Shown: positions 63,258 to 63,347 of the stretch, one piece after another | Position numbering within the stretch: position 1 is the stretch's first letter | How the letters are laid out: every line of letters starts with the position of its first letter | Origin: Octopus bimaculoides | Lineage: Eukaryota | Assembly (NCBI RefSeq): GCF_001194135.2 | Contig: NC_068981.1 | Span: 121,416,659 to 121,480,005 of the forward strand | Length of the DNA stretch: 63,347 nucleotides | Direction of reading: 5' to 3' | Translations under genes and position numbers: made by a program | Notes under the pieces: model-generated | What the model saw: only the letters and a program-made list of their open reading frames with translations | What the model was told of the DNA's origin: nothing | The model's database searches: none

Positions 63258-63347
<90 letters not shown>

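Overview
AT-rich, microsatellite-dense animal genomic scaffold with 11 N-gaps (about 7274-7605, 12957-13161, 16538-16877, 25657-26567, 29749-30050, 33215-33941, 34621-34630, 36537-36649, 37585-37594, 47194-47622, 52941-53038). The repeat landscape suggests a cephalopod, probably Octopus (inference). Most ORFs in the supplied track are microsatellite or gap artefacts. Recognisable content is almost all decayed mobile DNA: a near-full-length R4/Dong-like RLE LINE (19.4-24.0 kb) plus three 3' RLE-LINE fragments, a Penelope-like RT fragment, seven Tc1/mariner-superfamily remnants (DD34D, DD37D and DD41D types), and more than 20 SINE copies of four families. No host gene could be named; several splice-signal-bounded candidate exons occur on both strands at low confidence. 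The most interesting signals are: (i) a repeat family carrying a minimal type-I hammerhead ribozyme variant (U3/A8 core, 2 copies); (ii) a decayed tandem pair of a second hammerhead-like motif; (iii) a ~120-bp monomer array at the 5' end of the R4/Dong LINE, inside a pile-up of elements at AAT runs; (iv) a ~325-bp-arm foldback; (v) a possible decayed class-A GPCR. All alignments and folds were done by eye.
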